From a virus (lineage: Duplodnaviria > Caudoviricetes), in IMG/VR virus record IMGVR_UViG_3300033076_001036, positions 1 through 54,628 of that record: a DNA stretch of 54,628 bases. One strand, given 5' to 3'. Position 1 is the stretch's first letter. Each line of letters opens with the position of its first letter. Below the pieces are notes generated by a model. That model searched no databases and was not told the origin of the DNA. It was given only the letters and a program-made list of their open reading frames with translations. Of the stretch, positions 45,615 to 54,158 are shown in pieces. The position numbers and the translations under genes are program-made.

Positions 45615-46319
45615 CTACTCCTTTTGGCACTCCTCGTGCCTAATACCCTTGGCCCCAAATTTCCAGGCCACTCGATCCCCTACCATACACTCCACACCGC
45701 ACACAATGCATTTTTGCGCGCCGTGTTTCGCGATGTGACTCTCTGCTAGTGCGTATACCCTCTCCGCTGCCTTTTTCTTGCCCCCATCGCTACTACTCCC
45801 GCCGGTATCATTCGCACCGATACCACTAGCCCCCGGCCGGCACTCATAGTGCCAAAGTTCCGTCCGTCCCTTGATCCACGAAACGCGCGTCATCAATTCC
45901 GGAATCTTCCCACATCCAGCACACTTCCGCTCCCCGTATTTTTCGACGTGTTTTTTCGTAAGAGTACAGTGACCAAACTTCGATAAATCCAGCACAGGAG
46001 CGCCGTCAAAAAGTCCAGCGTCACTATCCAATAACGGATCGCATTTGATTCCGAGCACATCGGAAAGCTCTAACGCTAGCTCATTAGCGATCATTCTGAC
46101 AACAGCTGGTCTCGCTACTGTTGTTTCGATTCTCGCGCGCTCCAGCTCGGAAACCTTTCGCTTGGCCATGACCTCCGAAGTCATTCGATTGATCGTGGCT
46201 ATCACCCTGGGTTTCAGCTCCTTGATCTTTTCTACGAGCTTAGCCCTGTCCCCAAGTTCCTCGGACTTCTGGGCCCTGAGTTTCTTCCACTTAATCGCCT
46301 CCCACACTCTCTTGTCCAC
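45615..46319 (-). CDS. protein with two CxxC...HxxC zinc-finger-like repeats
   Basis: KYGERKCAGCG..RVSW..HYEC and KHGAQKCIVCG..RVAW..HEEC. Confidence 0.7.
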   Translation of the reverse strand: MDKRVWEAIKWKKLRAQKSEELGDRAKLVEKIKELKPRVIATINRMTSEVMAKRKVSELERARIETTVARPAVVRMIANELALELSDVLGIKCDPLLDSDAGLFDGAPVLDLSKFGHCTLTKKHVEKYGERKCAGCGKIPELMTRVSWIKGRTELWHYECRPGASGIGANDTGGSSSDGGKKKAAERVYALAESHIAKHGAQKCIVCGVECMVGDRVAWKFGAKGIRHEECQKE

Positions 46320-46512
46320 TCAGTTCTCCTCTCGATTTTTGCGACCCCTCAGTCGCAAATTTTCTCTTCTCCTCCCCTTATCCTACCCTCCCAAATCATC
46401 CATGTCTAGTGGGTGGGTAAATTGGGCTCCGTAGGACTGTGCCGCCGACGCCGCAGCAAACGCGGAAGGTGTCGAGCGGAGCGCTAGATGCGCTAGCGAT
46501 TAACTTCGCACA

Positions 46513-46541
46513 ATTTTACCATGGGAATTTTCCCATGTCAA
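46513..46541 (-). promoter_or_regulatory. near-consensus sigma70 leftward promoter with a palindrome in its spacer
   Basis: TTGACA-N17-TAAAAT with extended TG; CATGGGAA-N2-TTCCCATG at 46520-46537. Confidence 0.85.
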
Positions 46542-46682
46542 GCGGGGTGTTCTCCCCGCGCATTTCGGCTTGCGCCGTGCACGGGCACCCACTAACCGGT
46601 ATCACGGATACCGAATTTTTACCCTCACCACTTACAGACTGGTTGGAATGATTTACCACGGCCACCGACACGAAAAAAGTTC

Positions 46683-46711
46683 TTGACACTTTTCCGAATC
46701 TAGAATATCAA
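46683..46711 (+). promoter_or_regulatory. rightward sigma70-type promoter
   Basis: A-tract, then TTGACA-N17-TATCAA; ATG 8 nt later. Confidence 0.6.
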
Positions 46712-46719
46712 TCCTAACC

Positions 46720-47055
46720 ATGACGAACGCGAACGAACTCACCGCACGAATCAGCGAACTGGCCGACCTTATCGAAGCGAAGGAGAAAAATATGAAGAAA
46801 ATCTCGGTCATTAGTGGATCTGTGAAGGTATGGACAGGCACAAGCGTATTCTTCGCTGGTCTCAATTTGGCGCGCGTGTTGCGAAAGAATCGAGGAGCTT
46901 CTGTGATGGTAACGGACTTTCCGGGCGTGACTGCACCAGTACGCGATTTCATGGAACTGTGCTACTGCGCTGGGGAAATGGCATCGATTCGTCGTAGCCG
47001 AAAAATAGGCTACAGGTTCCGAACTAATAATCACACCACTGACATCGGCGGCTGA
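46720..47055 (+). CDS. early hypothetical protein
   Basis: Lies between a promoter and a terminator. Confidence 0.6.
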   Translation: MTNANELTARISELADLIEAKEKNMKKISVISGSVKVWTGTSVFFAGLNLARVLRKNRGASVMVTDFPGVTAPVRDFMELCYCAGEMASIRRSRKIGYRFRTNNHTTDIGG

Positions 47056-47082
47056 GAAGAGTAAGATTCCAGTCACCACAAC

Positions 47083-47110
47083 GGGCCCGCTAACCCCGGG
47101 CCCTGTTTTC
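47083..47110 (+). terminator. intrinsic terminator
   Basis: GGGCCCG-CTAACCC-CGGGCCC-TGTTTTC. Confidence 0.6.
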
Positions 47111-47158
47111 AACTAGGGAGGAAATGAGAGATGGACTTCGATAGAGCAAAATGGTCTT

Positions 47159-47350
47159 TTGGTGTGGGCGTTCAGTTACAGTTTCGTCAGAAACGGCGAG
47201 GTGATTCGTGCGTCCTCAGCGTCCGCATCTCCGGAAGCAGCGAAACAAGCGTGCGCTGACCTGGGGGTGAAATATGAGGGTGGCGAGTGGGTGCATTTGA
47301 CATCCGTATACGAGCGCATGGTGCGATTCTTGCCAGAGAGTAGCGACTAG
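47159..47350 (+). CDS. hypothetical protein, paralog of 54303..54458 (start uncertain)
   Basis: VW.F.Y...ASS...E.A...C...G.KYE.G.W shared with the paralog. Confidence 0.55.
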   Translation: MVWAFSYSFVRNGEVIRASSASASPEAAKQACADLGVKYEGGEWVHLTSVYERMVRFLPESSD

Positions 47351-47421
47351 CAAAAACTTTTTTCCAAAAATCGACACGGCCCCTATTTACTTCCGCAATC
47401 GTCCTGGAGTATACAATTACC

Positions 47422-47631
47422 ATGAGCACGACGACGAAAACGAACGCACGAATCACCGCAACCGACAGCGAGGGCCGCACCTGGCTTTTCGTTCCGACCG
47501 CGAACCCTGGCGAGTTCGTTAGCTACTTCAAGTGCGTTTGGAACCCCGAGCTTGGTGAGTACTTCGATGACGGGCTAGTCACTGTCCGCGGCAAGCCAAC
47601 GATCAAGAAACTTCTCGCTACTAAATCTTGA
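47422..47631 (+). CDS. early hypothetical protein
   Basis: Preceded by a promoter-like AT-rich region; leaderless-type start. Confidence 0.65.
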   Translation: MSTTTKTNARITATDSEGRTWLFVPTANPGEFVSYFKCVWNPELGEYFDDGLVTVRGKPTIKKLLATKS

Positions 47632-47656
47632 CACTCTCCAAAACATCGACTAACAA
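47628..47656 (+). promoter_or_regulatory. sigma70-type promoter
   Basis: TTGACA-N17-TAACAA. Confidence 0.5.
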
Positions 47657-47686
47657 CGAAACCGAACCTAACGAAAGGAAACGAAG

Positions 47687-47878
47687 ATGATCGTAGAAAC
47701 ACACTCAACTGGTTATCGCCGGTTTACGATTGGCGGCGCATCGTTTCGAGCCGTGCGACTGAATGGGCAGTGGGAAGTATTTGAGGTTCTGCCGAACGGC
47801 GAGACCCGCGATGTGGGAATCAGTGACCTATCAGAGGATGCTAGTGCTGAGAGAATTTGGGAGGAGGCTAATCGATGA
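47687..47878 (+). CDS. hypothetical protein
   Basis: AACGAAAGGAAACGAAG leader. Confidence 0.65.
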   Translation: MIVETHSTGYRRFTIGGASFRAVRLNGQWEVFEVLPNGETRDVGISDLSEDASAERIWEEANR

Positions 47879-48081
47879 AAGCGCACAAGTGGAACGGAGA
47901 AAAGCACGGCGACGAGTGCTTGATACTCATCGGCGGAGAATGGGTGCATTGCAATTGGCGCGAAGCTGATTTTTCCGAGGACGCAGAGAGTCGCTACACA
48001 CAGCACGAAGGCTACTACACACCAGCTGGTGAGTTTGCAGAAGGAACACATTGGGCAGAACTACCGGAGGTCGAGGAATGA
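47875..48081 (+). CDS. hypothetical protein, DUF551-like C-terminus
   Basis: THWAELPE; ATGA coupling. Confidence 0.6.
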   Translation: MKAHKWNGEKHGDECLILIGGEWVHCNWREADFSEDAESRYTQHEGYYTPAGEFAEGTHWAELPEVEE

Positions 48082-48467
48082 CCGTTTTTAATGTTCTGCC
48101 AGACGACTACGGGATACGACCAGCCGGACCTCGTGACGCTTGTTTCTACTGTCAATCCAAGGTTGGAACTCCGCACGCTAGCGAATGTGTTGTTATTGTT
48201 CGTGATGTAACGTACTCGGTACAGTTCAATGGTGAAGAAGTTGCAACGTATAAGACAACCGATCCGTCAGACTGGGAAAGCGAGACGCTTTATTTTCACA
48301 AGAATAACAGTTCTTGGTGTGCATCAAACATTGAAAAAGACAATGGTTTGACAGTGATCAATTTGGAAAAATGGGGAGAACTAGACCACTCTGACGAAAC
48401 TTGCCTATGCGATCAAGTTGAGCTTATTCCTGTCACCGTTGGAGAAGAAATCAAGAGGGCAAAATGA
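48078..48467 (+). CDS. hypothetical Cys-containing protein
   Basis: CFYC...H..EC; ATGA coupling. Confidence 0.65.
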   Translation: MTVFNVLPDDYGIRPAGPRDACFYCQSKVGTPHASECVVIVRDVTYSVQFNGEEVATYKTTDPSDWESETLYFHKNNSSWCASNIEKDNGLTVINLEKWGELDHSDETCLCDQVELIPVTVGEEIKRAK

Positions 48468-48862
48468 AACGCGAAACGATTGAGAGGCACCTACACTACA
48501 ACGCAAACGCAACTTCGCATGGGGAGACAGTTGCAGAAACCATTGTCGGGTTACTCGACCGCGAACGCGAACGCCTCACCGAAGAGCTAGATGAGATAAA
48601 GGCGAAAGCTACAGTCGAAAAAGTCGAACGCATATTCGGCGATTTCATTCACGAGAGTCAAGAAACCCCCGGCTGCACCGATATTGACGGTCACTTTTGG
48701 GAGTTCGTAGAGACATCCCGGGGCTGGATCGCTGTTCTCATTCCGTCTTCGGCGGCCACTTTTGCGATCTCAGAAAGAGAACATTTTACCCCAAATCTTC
48801 ACGTTGAGGCGGGAGTTTCCAACGCCCTCCGCACTTGGCTCAAAGAAACGGGGCGCGCATGA
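48464..48862 (+). CDS. hypothetical protein
   Basis: ATGA coupling. Confidence 0.65.
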   Translation: MKRETIERHLHYNANATSHGETVAETIVGLLDRERERLTEELDEIKAKATVEKVERIFGDFIHESQETPGCTDIDGHFWEFVETSRGWIAVLIPSSAATFAISEREHFTPNLHVEAGVSNALRTWLKETGRA

Positions 48863-49132
48863 CGCAATTAGAAATGACGCAAGCCCAAGATACGACCGGC
48901 ACCTACAAGCTGATCGGTTGGAAGGATTCTGATGGTTCGCTTTACGCTGAACTCATCATAGAAGGGAAGCTGATGTTGTCGGCTCCCTATCGCTGGGTAT
49001 CGGGTGAACAAAACCCGAGGCCATCTAATATTCCGTATAAGGAATGGGAAATCTTTGAAAGGTTGTTTGCGATTGCGTTGGAAACGCATGAGAAAGATGC
49101 TGCTGTGAGCATTGAAACGGGGCGCGCATGAC
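48845..49132 (+). repeat. 19-bp direct repeat GAAACGGGGCGCGCATGAC flanking one gene
   Basis: Copies at 48845-48863 and 49114-49132. Confidence 0.9.
48859..49131 (+). CDS. hypothetical protein
   Basis: ATGA coupling at both ends. Confidence 0.6.
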   Translation: MTQLEMTQAQDTTGTYKLIGWKDSDGSLYAELIIEGKLMLSAPYRWVSGEQNPRPSNIPYKEWEIFERLFAIALETHEKDAAVSIETGRA

Positions 49133-49478
49133 CGACCGCAAGTGGTACGTTGGTCAGCGAGTAATAGAAACCGACGTGAATAGAAAAGAGCCAAGAGAGC
49201 TTGAAGTTGTTCGCGTTGGTCGAAAGTACCTTGTGGCGGTGGACCCCAGGTTTCTGGTTCGCGGTTTTGAGTACGCAATCGACGACGGATACAGAAACGA
49301 CAACTACCGGCTTTCTCGCGTCCGTACCAAGGACGAGTACGCACGCGATTGTGAGGTGGCCTCGGCTCAAAAAGAACTCCTGGCGCTCGGCTTCGGCCTT
49401 GGGATCTCGGTAAAGGTTAGAAATAAAGCTCCCGAAATACTCGCAGCAATCAAGCCAATTCTGGAGGAAAAGCCATGA
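49128..49478 (+). CDS. hypothetical SH3/KOW-like beta-barrel protein
   Basis: VGQRV...VVRVGRKY pattern. Confidence 0.55.
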   Translation: MTDRKWYVGQRVIETDVNRKEPRELEVVRVGRKYLVAVDPRFLVRGFEYAIDDGYRNDNYRLSRVRTKDEYARDCEVASAQKELLALGFGLGISVKVRNKAPEILAAIKPILEEKP

Positions 49479-49858
49479 CCGACCGAAAACCGTTTCTGGA
49501 GATGCCCACCATTTGCAATTGTAATTATCCCGCCGCGTGCTCTTGTGGTGCGGATGCGCGCGGGCTCCTAGAGCTTTGCAAGAAGTACGAAGCGAAAATC
49601 GCGAGCGACGCGGAGACGATTGCGGAGCTGAGGCGCGAATCCGACTTTCGGCGGAGCGTTACGCTCGAACTACGCGAAAAGTACGAAAAGAAGGTCTCCG
49701 CTCTCGAATCCGAACTCGCCGCCCGTCGTGCAAGTGACGAGGATGTGAGAATGATAGCTTCCCCCATGAAGCTTCTTCCGGGGGTGAGTGTTCTGGAACT
49801 CATTGAAGCTAGCGAACGCCTCCTCGCTCAGCCATGGCTCAAGAAAGGTGGTGGGTGA
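49475..49858 (+). CDS. hypothetical coiled-coil protein
   Basis: Cys cluster, then coiled coil. Confidence 0.6.
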   Translation: MTDRKPFLEMPTICNCNYPAACSCGADARGLLELCKKYEAKIASDAETIAELRRESDFRRSVTLELREKYEKKVSALESELAARRASDEDVRMIASPMKLLPGVSVLELIEASERLLAQPWLKKGGG

Positions 49859-50088
49859 TGAGCAATGACTACAATCGTGGATATTCAGACGGGTACGGAG
49901 CTGGATTTTCGGACTGGAACGACGCCAAGTCACATGACGACCGCACCCGCCGAATCAAGGAGCTTGTGCTGACTTGGGCGTCTCAGAAGGTTCACTACGC
50001 GCCGGAGGTCAAAAAACTAATCGAGCTAGCAGCGGAACTCATCGACGCAATCGACGACGCCGAAGTGCCGAAGAAGGAGAGCAAGTGA
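49858..50088 (+). CDS. hypothetical protein
   Basis: YNRGYSDGYGAG GxxxG-type repeat; TGATG overlap. Confidence 0.6.
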   Translation: MSNDYNRGYSDGYGAGFSDWNDAKSHDDRTRRIKELVLTWASQKVHYAPEVKKLIELAAELIDAIDDAEVPKKESK

Positions 50089-50429
50089 GCCTAGACGTAT
50101 ACCTAACGACAGACGGTTGCGAACACTGCGGACGCGATGGCGACGAAGTCTTTAACGGAAACATCACGCACAACTTAGGCGAGATGGCCACCGCGTGCGG
50201 TCTCTACTATTACCTGTGGCGACCCGAGGAAATCGGAATCACAACAGCAGATCAGCTCATTGATCCACTCACCGTTGGTCTCGATGCTCTGATTGATAAC
50301 CCTGAGAAGTTCCGTCAATTCAACCCATCAAACGATTGGGGAACATATGAAGGACTTATCGATTTCGTGACTTACTACCTGAAAGCGTGCAAAGAAAACC
50401 CCAAGGCGAAAGTGAGTGTTTGGAGATGA
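50085..50429 (+). CDS. conserved phage protein
   Basis: SLDVYL...NITHNLGEMA...LWRPEE...NP.N.WG.Y pattern. Confidence 0.75.
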   Translation: MSLDVYLTTDGCEHCGRDGDEVFNGNITHNLGEMATACGLYYYLWRPEEIGITTADQLIDPLTVGLDALIDNPEKFRQFNPSNDWGTYEGLIDFVTYYLKACKENPKAKVSVWR

Positions 50430-51256
50430 CTGACAAATCATGGCGAGCGGAGATGCGCGAGTCACTGGCCGACTATCACGACCCGGATACGGCGATGCGT
50501 GCTCTCGTCACCCGCGCCAACGCCGAACTCGACGCCGCAGCAGAACGAGAAGCCTCGCTGCGCAGGCTAACAGAACTGCAGAGCGTTCGGCTTTTGCAGC
50601 TAGTTGCAGAGTGTCAGCGACTAGCAAAGGAGGCCGGAATAAAGGACTACCACGCGCCACCTCTCGATGGGACGCTGGCAGAACGCGAGCGCGCGAAGGA
50701 TGCGCGGATTGCGGAGTTGGAGAGGGAGAACGAGGAGCTATTTTCAGAAGGCGAATTCAAACTGCTGGGGCGAGTATCCGAGCTTTGTCAGTTGCTGAGC
50801 GATGCGGAACACGAACGCGACGAAGCCCTAGCCCGCGCTGGTGACCCGTTTCGCCCTCTGGCCGGAGAGGTCCCCGATTGCATCCTTACTTACGAGGAAA
50901 TTCAGGAGGCGAATTCTGGCGGAAATCTACGCGTCGCCCCCGCCAGCGGGATCGGAACCGAATATGAGTGCGGGCCCGGGTTTGTGACGGTCGAATACGC
51001 AAATCAAGTTCTTGCGCGGAGGTCTGAGAGGGCTGAAGCCCGCATCCGTGAGCTGACCGAGTGGCGACCGATGAGCGAGGCGCCGAAGGAGTTTATTGGA
51101 AGCCTAAGGGGCGAGGTGGTCATATGCTACTGGCTCTTGAGTTCGCTCGACCATCACGAGCCTAGCTACGAAGTGAAGTCAGGTCGTCGCGCTGGTGAGA
51201 TTGTGTTTGCTAGCGAGCTTGATGGCTGGTTCCCACTCCCCGAGGTGAAACCATGA
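50426..51256 (+). CDS. mosaic coiled-coil protein with DUF551-like C-terminus
   Basis: KDARIAELE coiled coil; WRPMSEAP...WFPLP. Confidence 0.65.
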   Translation: MTDKSWRAEMRESLADYHDPDTAMRALVTRANAELDAAAEREASLRRLTELQSVRLLQLVAECQRLAKEAGIKDYHAPPLDGTLAERERAKDARIAELERENEELFSEGEFKLLGRVSELCQLLSDAEHERDEALARAGDPFRPLAGEVPDCILTYEEIQEANSGGNLRVAPASGIGTEYECGPGFVTVEYANQVLARRSERAEARIRELTEWRPMSEAPKEFIGSLRGEVVICYWLLSSLDHHEPSYEVKSGRRAGEIVFASELDGWFPLPEVKP

Positions 51257-51471
51257 TCTACTTGATTGAAAAAGCTTGGACGGACTGGCTGGAAAACAAT
51301 CTTTCTGACGCGTTTGGTTACGAGCCTGTCGGGTTCGTTTCCAGTGAAGAGGAGGCGAAGTCAATCGTTAGCTCTGGGGGATTAGTTCCCGATATGTGGG
51401 CACTGTATGAGCCTACTCCACTCTACAGGTATCGTGCGCTTGAGGTTTTCAAACCAGAGGTAAAACCATGA
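51253..51471 (+). CDS. hypothetical protein
   Basis: ATGA coupling. Confidence 0.65.
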   Translation: MIYLIEKAWTDWLENNLSDAFGYEPVGFVSSEEEAKSIVSSGGLVPDMWALYEPTPLYRYRALEVFKPEVKP

Positions 51472-51752
51472 CTGACGTGACTCGATATGAACTTAGGAAG
51501 GTTGGAAGTCCGTACAACATCAGCAGCAAGGAGATGTGTTTTGAACCCGAAGGCGACTGGGTGAACTACGACGACCACCTCCGCGAAGTCACCCGACTCC
51601 AGCGCGCGAGGGCTAGGAATTTGGTGAAGAGGCTAAGGTTAAGCGGCGCCATTGCCTGTGAGTGTTTGGGACACCTCAGGACTGAGGAAACGTTTGAAAA
51701 GTGGGCCGACCGCATCGCCGCGAAGTATTTGAATGAGGTGGGCAATGGCTAA
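51468..51752 (+). CDS. hypothetical protein
   Basis: GDWVNYDDH pattern; ATGA coupling. Confidence 0.65.
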   Translation: MTDVTRYELRKVGSPYNISSKEMCFEPEGDWVNYDDHLREVTRLQRARARNLVKRLRLSGAIACECLGHLRTEETFEKWADRIAAKYLNEVGNG

Positions 51753-51942
51753 AGCGGAATACAGGAGAGCCGGAGCGTGCGACTACAAGTTCGTTGCGCG
51801 CGGTGTTCAATGGTTGTGTTACATCAAAAACCAAATTACAGGAGAGTTCGAATTCGTAGAGATTCTCCCCGATAGGGAGCTTTCGTATTTCAAGCTGCGC
51901 AATCTCCGGGAAAAGAACGCTAAGGAGGTGTCCCGTGGCTAA
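51745..51942 (+). CDS. hypothetical protein
   Basis: GAGG RBS; overlaps neighbours. Confidence 0.55.
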   Translation: MAKAEYRRAGACDYKFVARGVQWLCYIKNQITGEFEFVEILPDRELSYFKLRNLREKNAKEVSRG

Positions 51943-52111
51943 CGTCCTCCGCGAATCAAACCCGCCGAACAAGAGCGAGGCGAGTAGCAAGCCTCTGTGG
52001 TCACATGCTGAGGCTGTCGTCTGGTTCGTTGTTTACTCTGGGCATCGAGAGCGAGCCACGTATGCGCGCGAGTACCACGAAAAGCACATCGCCGAAGGAG
52101 GTCAGCCGTGA
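51935..52111 (+). CDS. 58-aa hypothetical protein (not in ORF track)
   Basis: TAAGGAGG RBS; GTG start; GTGA overlap downstream. Confidence 0.6.
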   Translation: MANVLRESNPPNKSEASSKPLWSHAEAVVWFVVYSGHRERATYAREYHEKHIAEGGQP

Positions 52112-52407
52112 GCGTTCGTAACTGCATTACTTGCCGATTTGGCTGTACCTCGGCGGACCTTGAGCCGTGTTATTCTTGCATTGGGACGGCGAAAAGCGGC
52201 ACTGCGGATTGCTTTACAAAATGGAAGTCTAACTTCACCACTCAACACATCCCACGAAACGATATGAGCGGGCGGCGCGAGCTTACTCACCATTCAGATT
52301 GGCCTGACGTCTCATGGTGGGGACAGCAATCCTTAACCCTTGTTGATGGGTCATCTTGGGTGAATCTGCGACTGAATGAATGGATCTGCATTCGGGGGCC
52401 GCGATGA
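52108..52407 (+). CDS. Cys-rich hypothetical protein
   Basis: CITC...PCYSC; GGAGG RBS. Confidence 0.6.
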   Translation: MSVRNCITCRFGCTSADLEPCYSCIGTAKSGTADCFTKWKSNFTTQHIPRNDMSGRRELTHHSDWPDVSWWGQQSLTLVDGSSWVNLRLNEWICIRGPR

Positions 52408-52622
52408 GTAACTGGAACCGAGGGACATTCAGGTGCGACGCTTGCCTAAACATTTACGGAGCACGTAAAGGGATGAGGCTAAAAGAGCAGCGCGAGGCAC
52501 TGTGTCCGCATTGCCGAACGCCTTTAGCCAAATATTGGGATGAGCTAGATCGTGACCATCTCGACTTCATGATGCAGAAAGCGAGATTCCTAGCAATCAA
52601 GGAAGGAATCTGGATAAGATGA
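52404..52622 (+). CDS. zinc-ribbon protein
   Basis: CDAC...CPHC. Confidence 0.6.
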   Translation: MSNWNRGTFRCDACLNIYGARKGMRLKEQREALCPHCRTPLAKYWDELDRDHLDFMMQKARFLAIKEGIWIR

Positions 52623-52690
52623 CCATGAGCTACGTTCACTCAATCAGGTGCAACTGATTCCATTGCAAGTATAGGGAAGCTAGGTGCGTT

Positions 52691-52924
52691 ATGAACAATG
52701 AACTTCTAAGCATTGAGAAACGAGAGATCGCTATGTCTGAATTCAAGGAGCGAAACCCTGAGGTTCCTCACTCTAGAGTTGCCATTGCTCTTGACTATGA
52801 AGAGTATGAGCGGTTGTTAGCGGAAAAGACTGCTATTATTGAGATCAGAGAGAAGGAAATTCAAAGACTTCGTTCAGCGATCAATGGGCTGCGCGGTATT
52901 GTCGAAAGGCTTTCTAGAACATGA
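52691..52924 (+). CDS. hypothetical coiled-coil protein (possible upstream extension through an in-frame TGA)
   Basis: In frame with ATGs at 52619 and 52625. Confidence 0.55.
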   Translation: MNNELLSIEKREIAMSEFKERNPEVPHSRVAIALDYEEYERLLAEKTAIIEIREKEIQRLRSAINGLRGIVERLSRT

Positions 52925-53262
52925 CCGAACCCATTATCGGCGCATGTGCAAAGCATGGGCGCAATCTTGCGAGTTGTCCGGAGTGTTCACCGAACAGGCC
53001 GAAGTTCGACCCTGGAAAGTACGGGTTACCACCAATAGGAAAGCCGGTAGCTTTCGAGTTTATTGACACGCTCAACCCATGGGAGTGCGGCGGGACGTTG
53101 GATGTGCTGCGAGTCGAACACCTTCGAGCTATCGGACAGCTTAGGGTGGCGTGTGAACTATGTGATGGATCTGGAACCTTGACTATTAGGTCTGGACCAT
53201 TCTTGGAATGGCAATGCCCGGACTGCAACGGAACCGGCTGGAAGTGGAGTGAGAGGCGATGA
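52921..53262 (+). CDS. protein with DnaJ-type CxxCxGxG zinc finger
   Basis: CELCDGSG and CPDCNGTG. Confidence 0.6.
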   Translation: MTEPIIGACAKHGRNLASCPECSPNRPKFDPGKYGLPPIGKPVAFEFIDTLNPWECGGTLDVLRVEHLRAIGQLRVACELCDGSGTLTIRSGPFLEWQCPDCNGTGWKWSERR

Positions 53263-53462
53263 AAAATTGCAAAACATGCAAGTGGTGGGCTGAACAAGGT
53301 GAGAAAAAAACCAGAGTGTGCTCCCATGAAAAGCTAACAGAGTCATTTGGACGTCAGGCTTATGCTGACGATGCGCTGACTTACACATACACTGAGGACG
53401 GTTGGTTTTTAACCGGTCCAGATTTTGGGTGTGTTCACCACGATGGTGTCAGCGATGAGTGA
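53259..53462 (+). CDS. small Cys-rich phage protein
   Basis: CKTCKWW...TGPDFGCVHH. Confidence 0.65.
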   Translation: MKNCKTCKWWAEQGEKKTRVCSHEKLTESFGRQAYADDALTYTYTEDGWFLTGPDFGCVHHDGVSDE

Positions 53463-53465
53463 TTT

Positions 53466-53645
53466 ATGATTGAGATATACCGAACGAGCGCGAATACGAT
53501 AGTGATTGAGCTGTCAACTGGGACGCGTATTGAGATGACAGCGAACCAGGCTAGGGATATCGCTGAGTGGCTACATGAGTCGGCGGACGATGCAGACGAC
53601 GCGGAACGCGAGGAAAAACGGCTTAGAAAAAAACTTTCAAACTAA
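53466..53645 (+). CDS. 59-aa hypothetical protein (not in ORF track)
   Basis: MIEIYRTSANT...KKLSN; fills the gap between neighbours. Confidence 0.55.
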   Translation: MIEIYRTSANTIVIELSTGTRIEMTANQARDIAEWLHESADDADDAEREEKRLRKKLSN

Positions 53646-53707
53646 TCTTGACGACCACAAACCAATGTGAGAACGTAGCTTCACCAACTGAACGAAAGGG
53701 AACGAAA

Positions 53708-53983
53708 ATGTACGAACCGGACTGGAGTGATGTTATTGCGCCGACCTACGACCCAGTAGTGGAATTGGGAGTGTCGCAAGAGGACTACGATCTTTGCGTA
53801 GAAATTGGTCGGGAGCTAGAGCTGACCGAGAAGGAAGTCAGGTCTGACCTTCAAAAGTCAAATGAGCTTGGGTTTGACGAGTTCCTAATTTGGTGGCTGG
53901 ACGCTTCCGGACAGGACGGCACAACCGATTTCGGTGACGACGAGTGCGCATACGTGGAGGCAATCCGAGATGCGACGAAGTAA
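53708..53983 (+). CDS. acidic hypothetical protein
   Basis: AACGAAAGGGAACGAAA leader fixes the start at MYEPDW; Asp/Glu-rich. Confidence 0.65.
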   Translation: MYEPDWSDVIAPTYDPVVELGVSQEDYDLCVEIGRELELTEKEVRSDLQKSNELGFDEFLIWWLDASGQDGTTDFGDDECAYVEAIRDATK

Positions 53984-54158
53984 CCGAATCACCGTATCGT
54001 GCAAGGCTAGCGAACTTACAGGCGCACTAGCCGAGTCGATTCGTGTAGCGACTCACAATCAACTAGACGAACTTCTGGCCGGCTACGAGCGGATCGGACT
54101 GACTGAAGAGGGAATGAAAGCAGCGGAGGAGATCAATGAACGACGTCAAAGCAATTGA
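53970..54158 (+). CDS. hypothetical protein
   Basis: GGAGG RBS. Confidence 0.55.
   Translation: MRRSNRITVSCKASELTGALAESIRVATHNQLDELLAGYERIGLTEEGMKAAEEINERRQSN

Noticed and set aside
52655-52657. Genome-wide stop-codon reassignment
   Set aside because: TGA, TAA and TAG all end well-defined genes, many with coupled overlaps.
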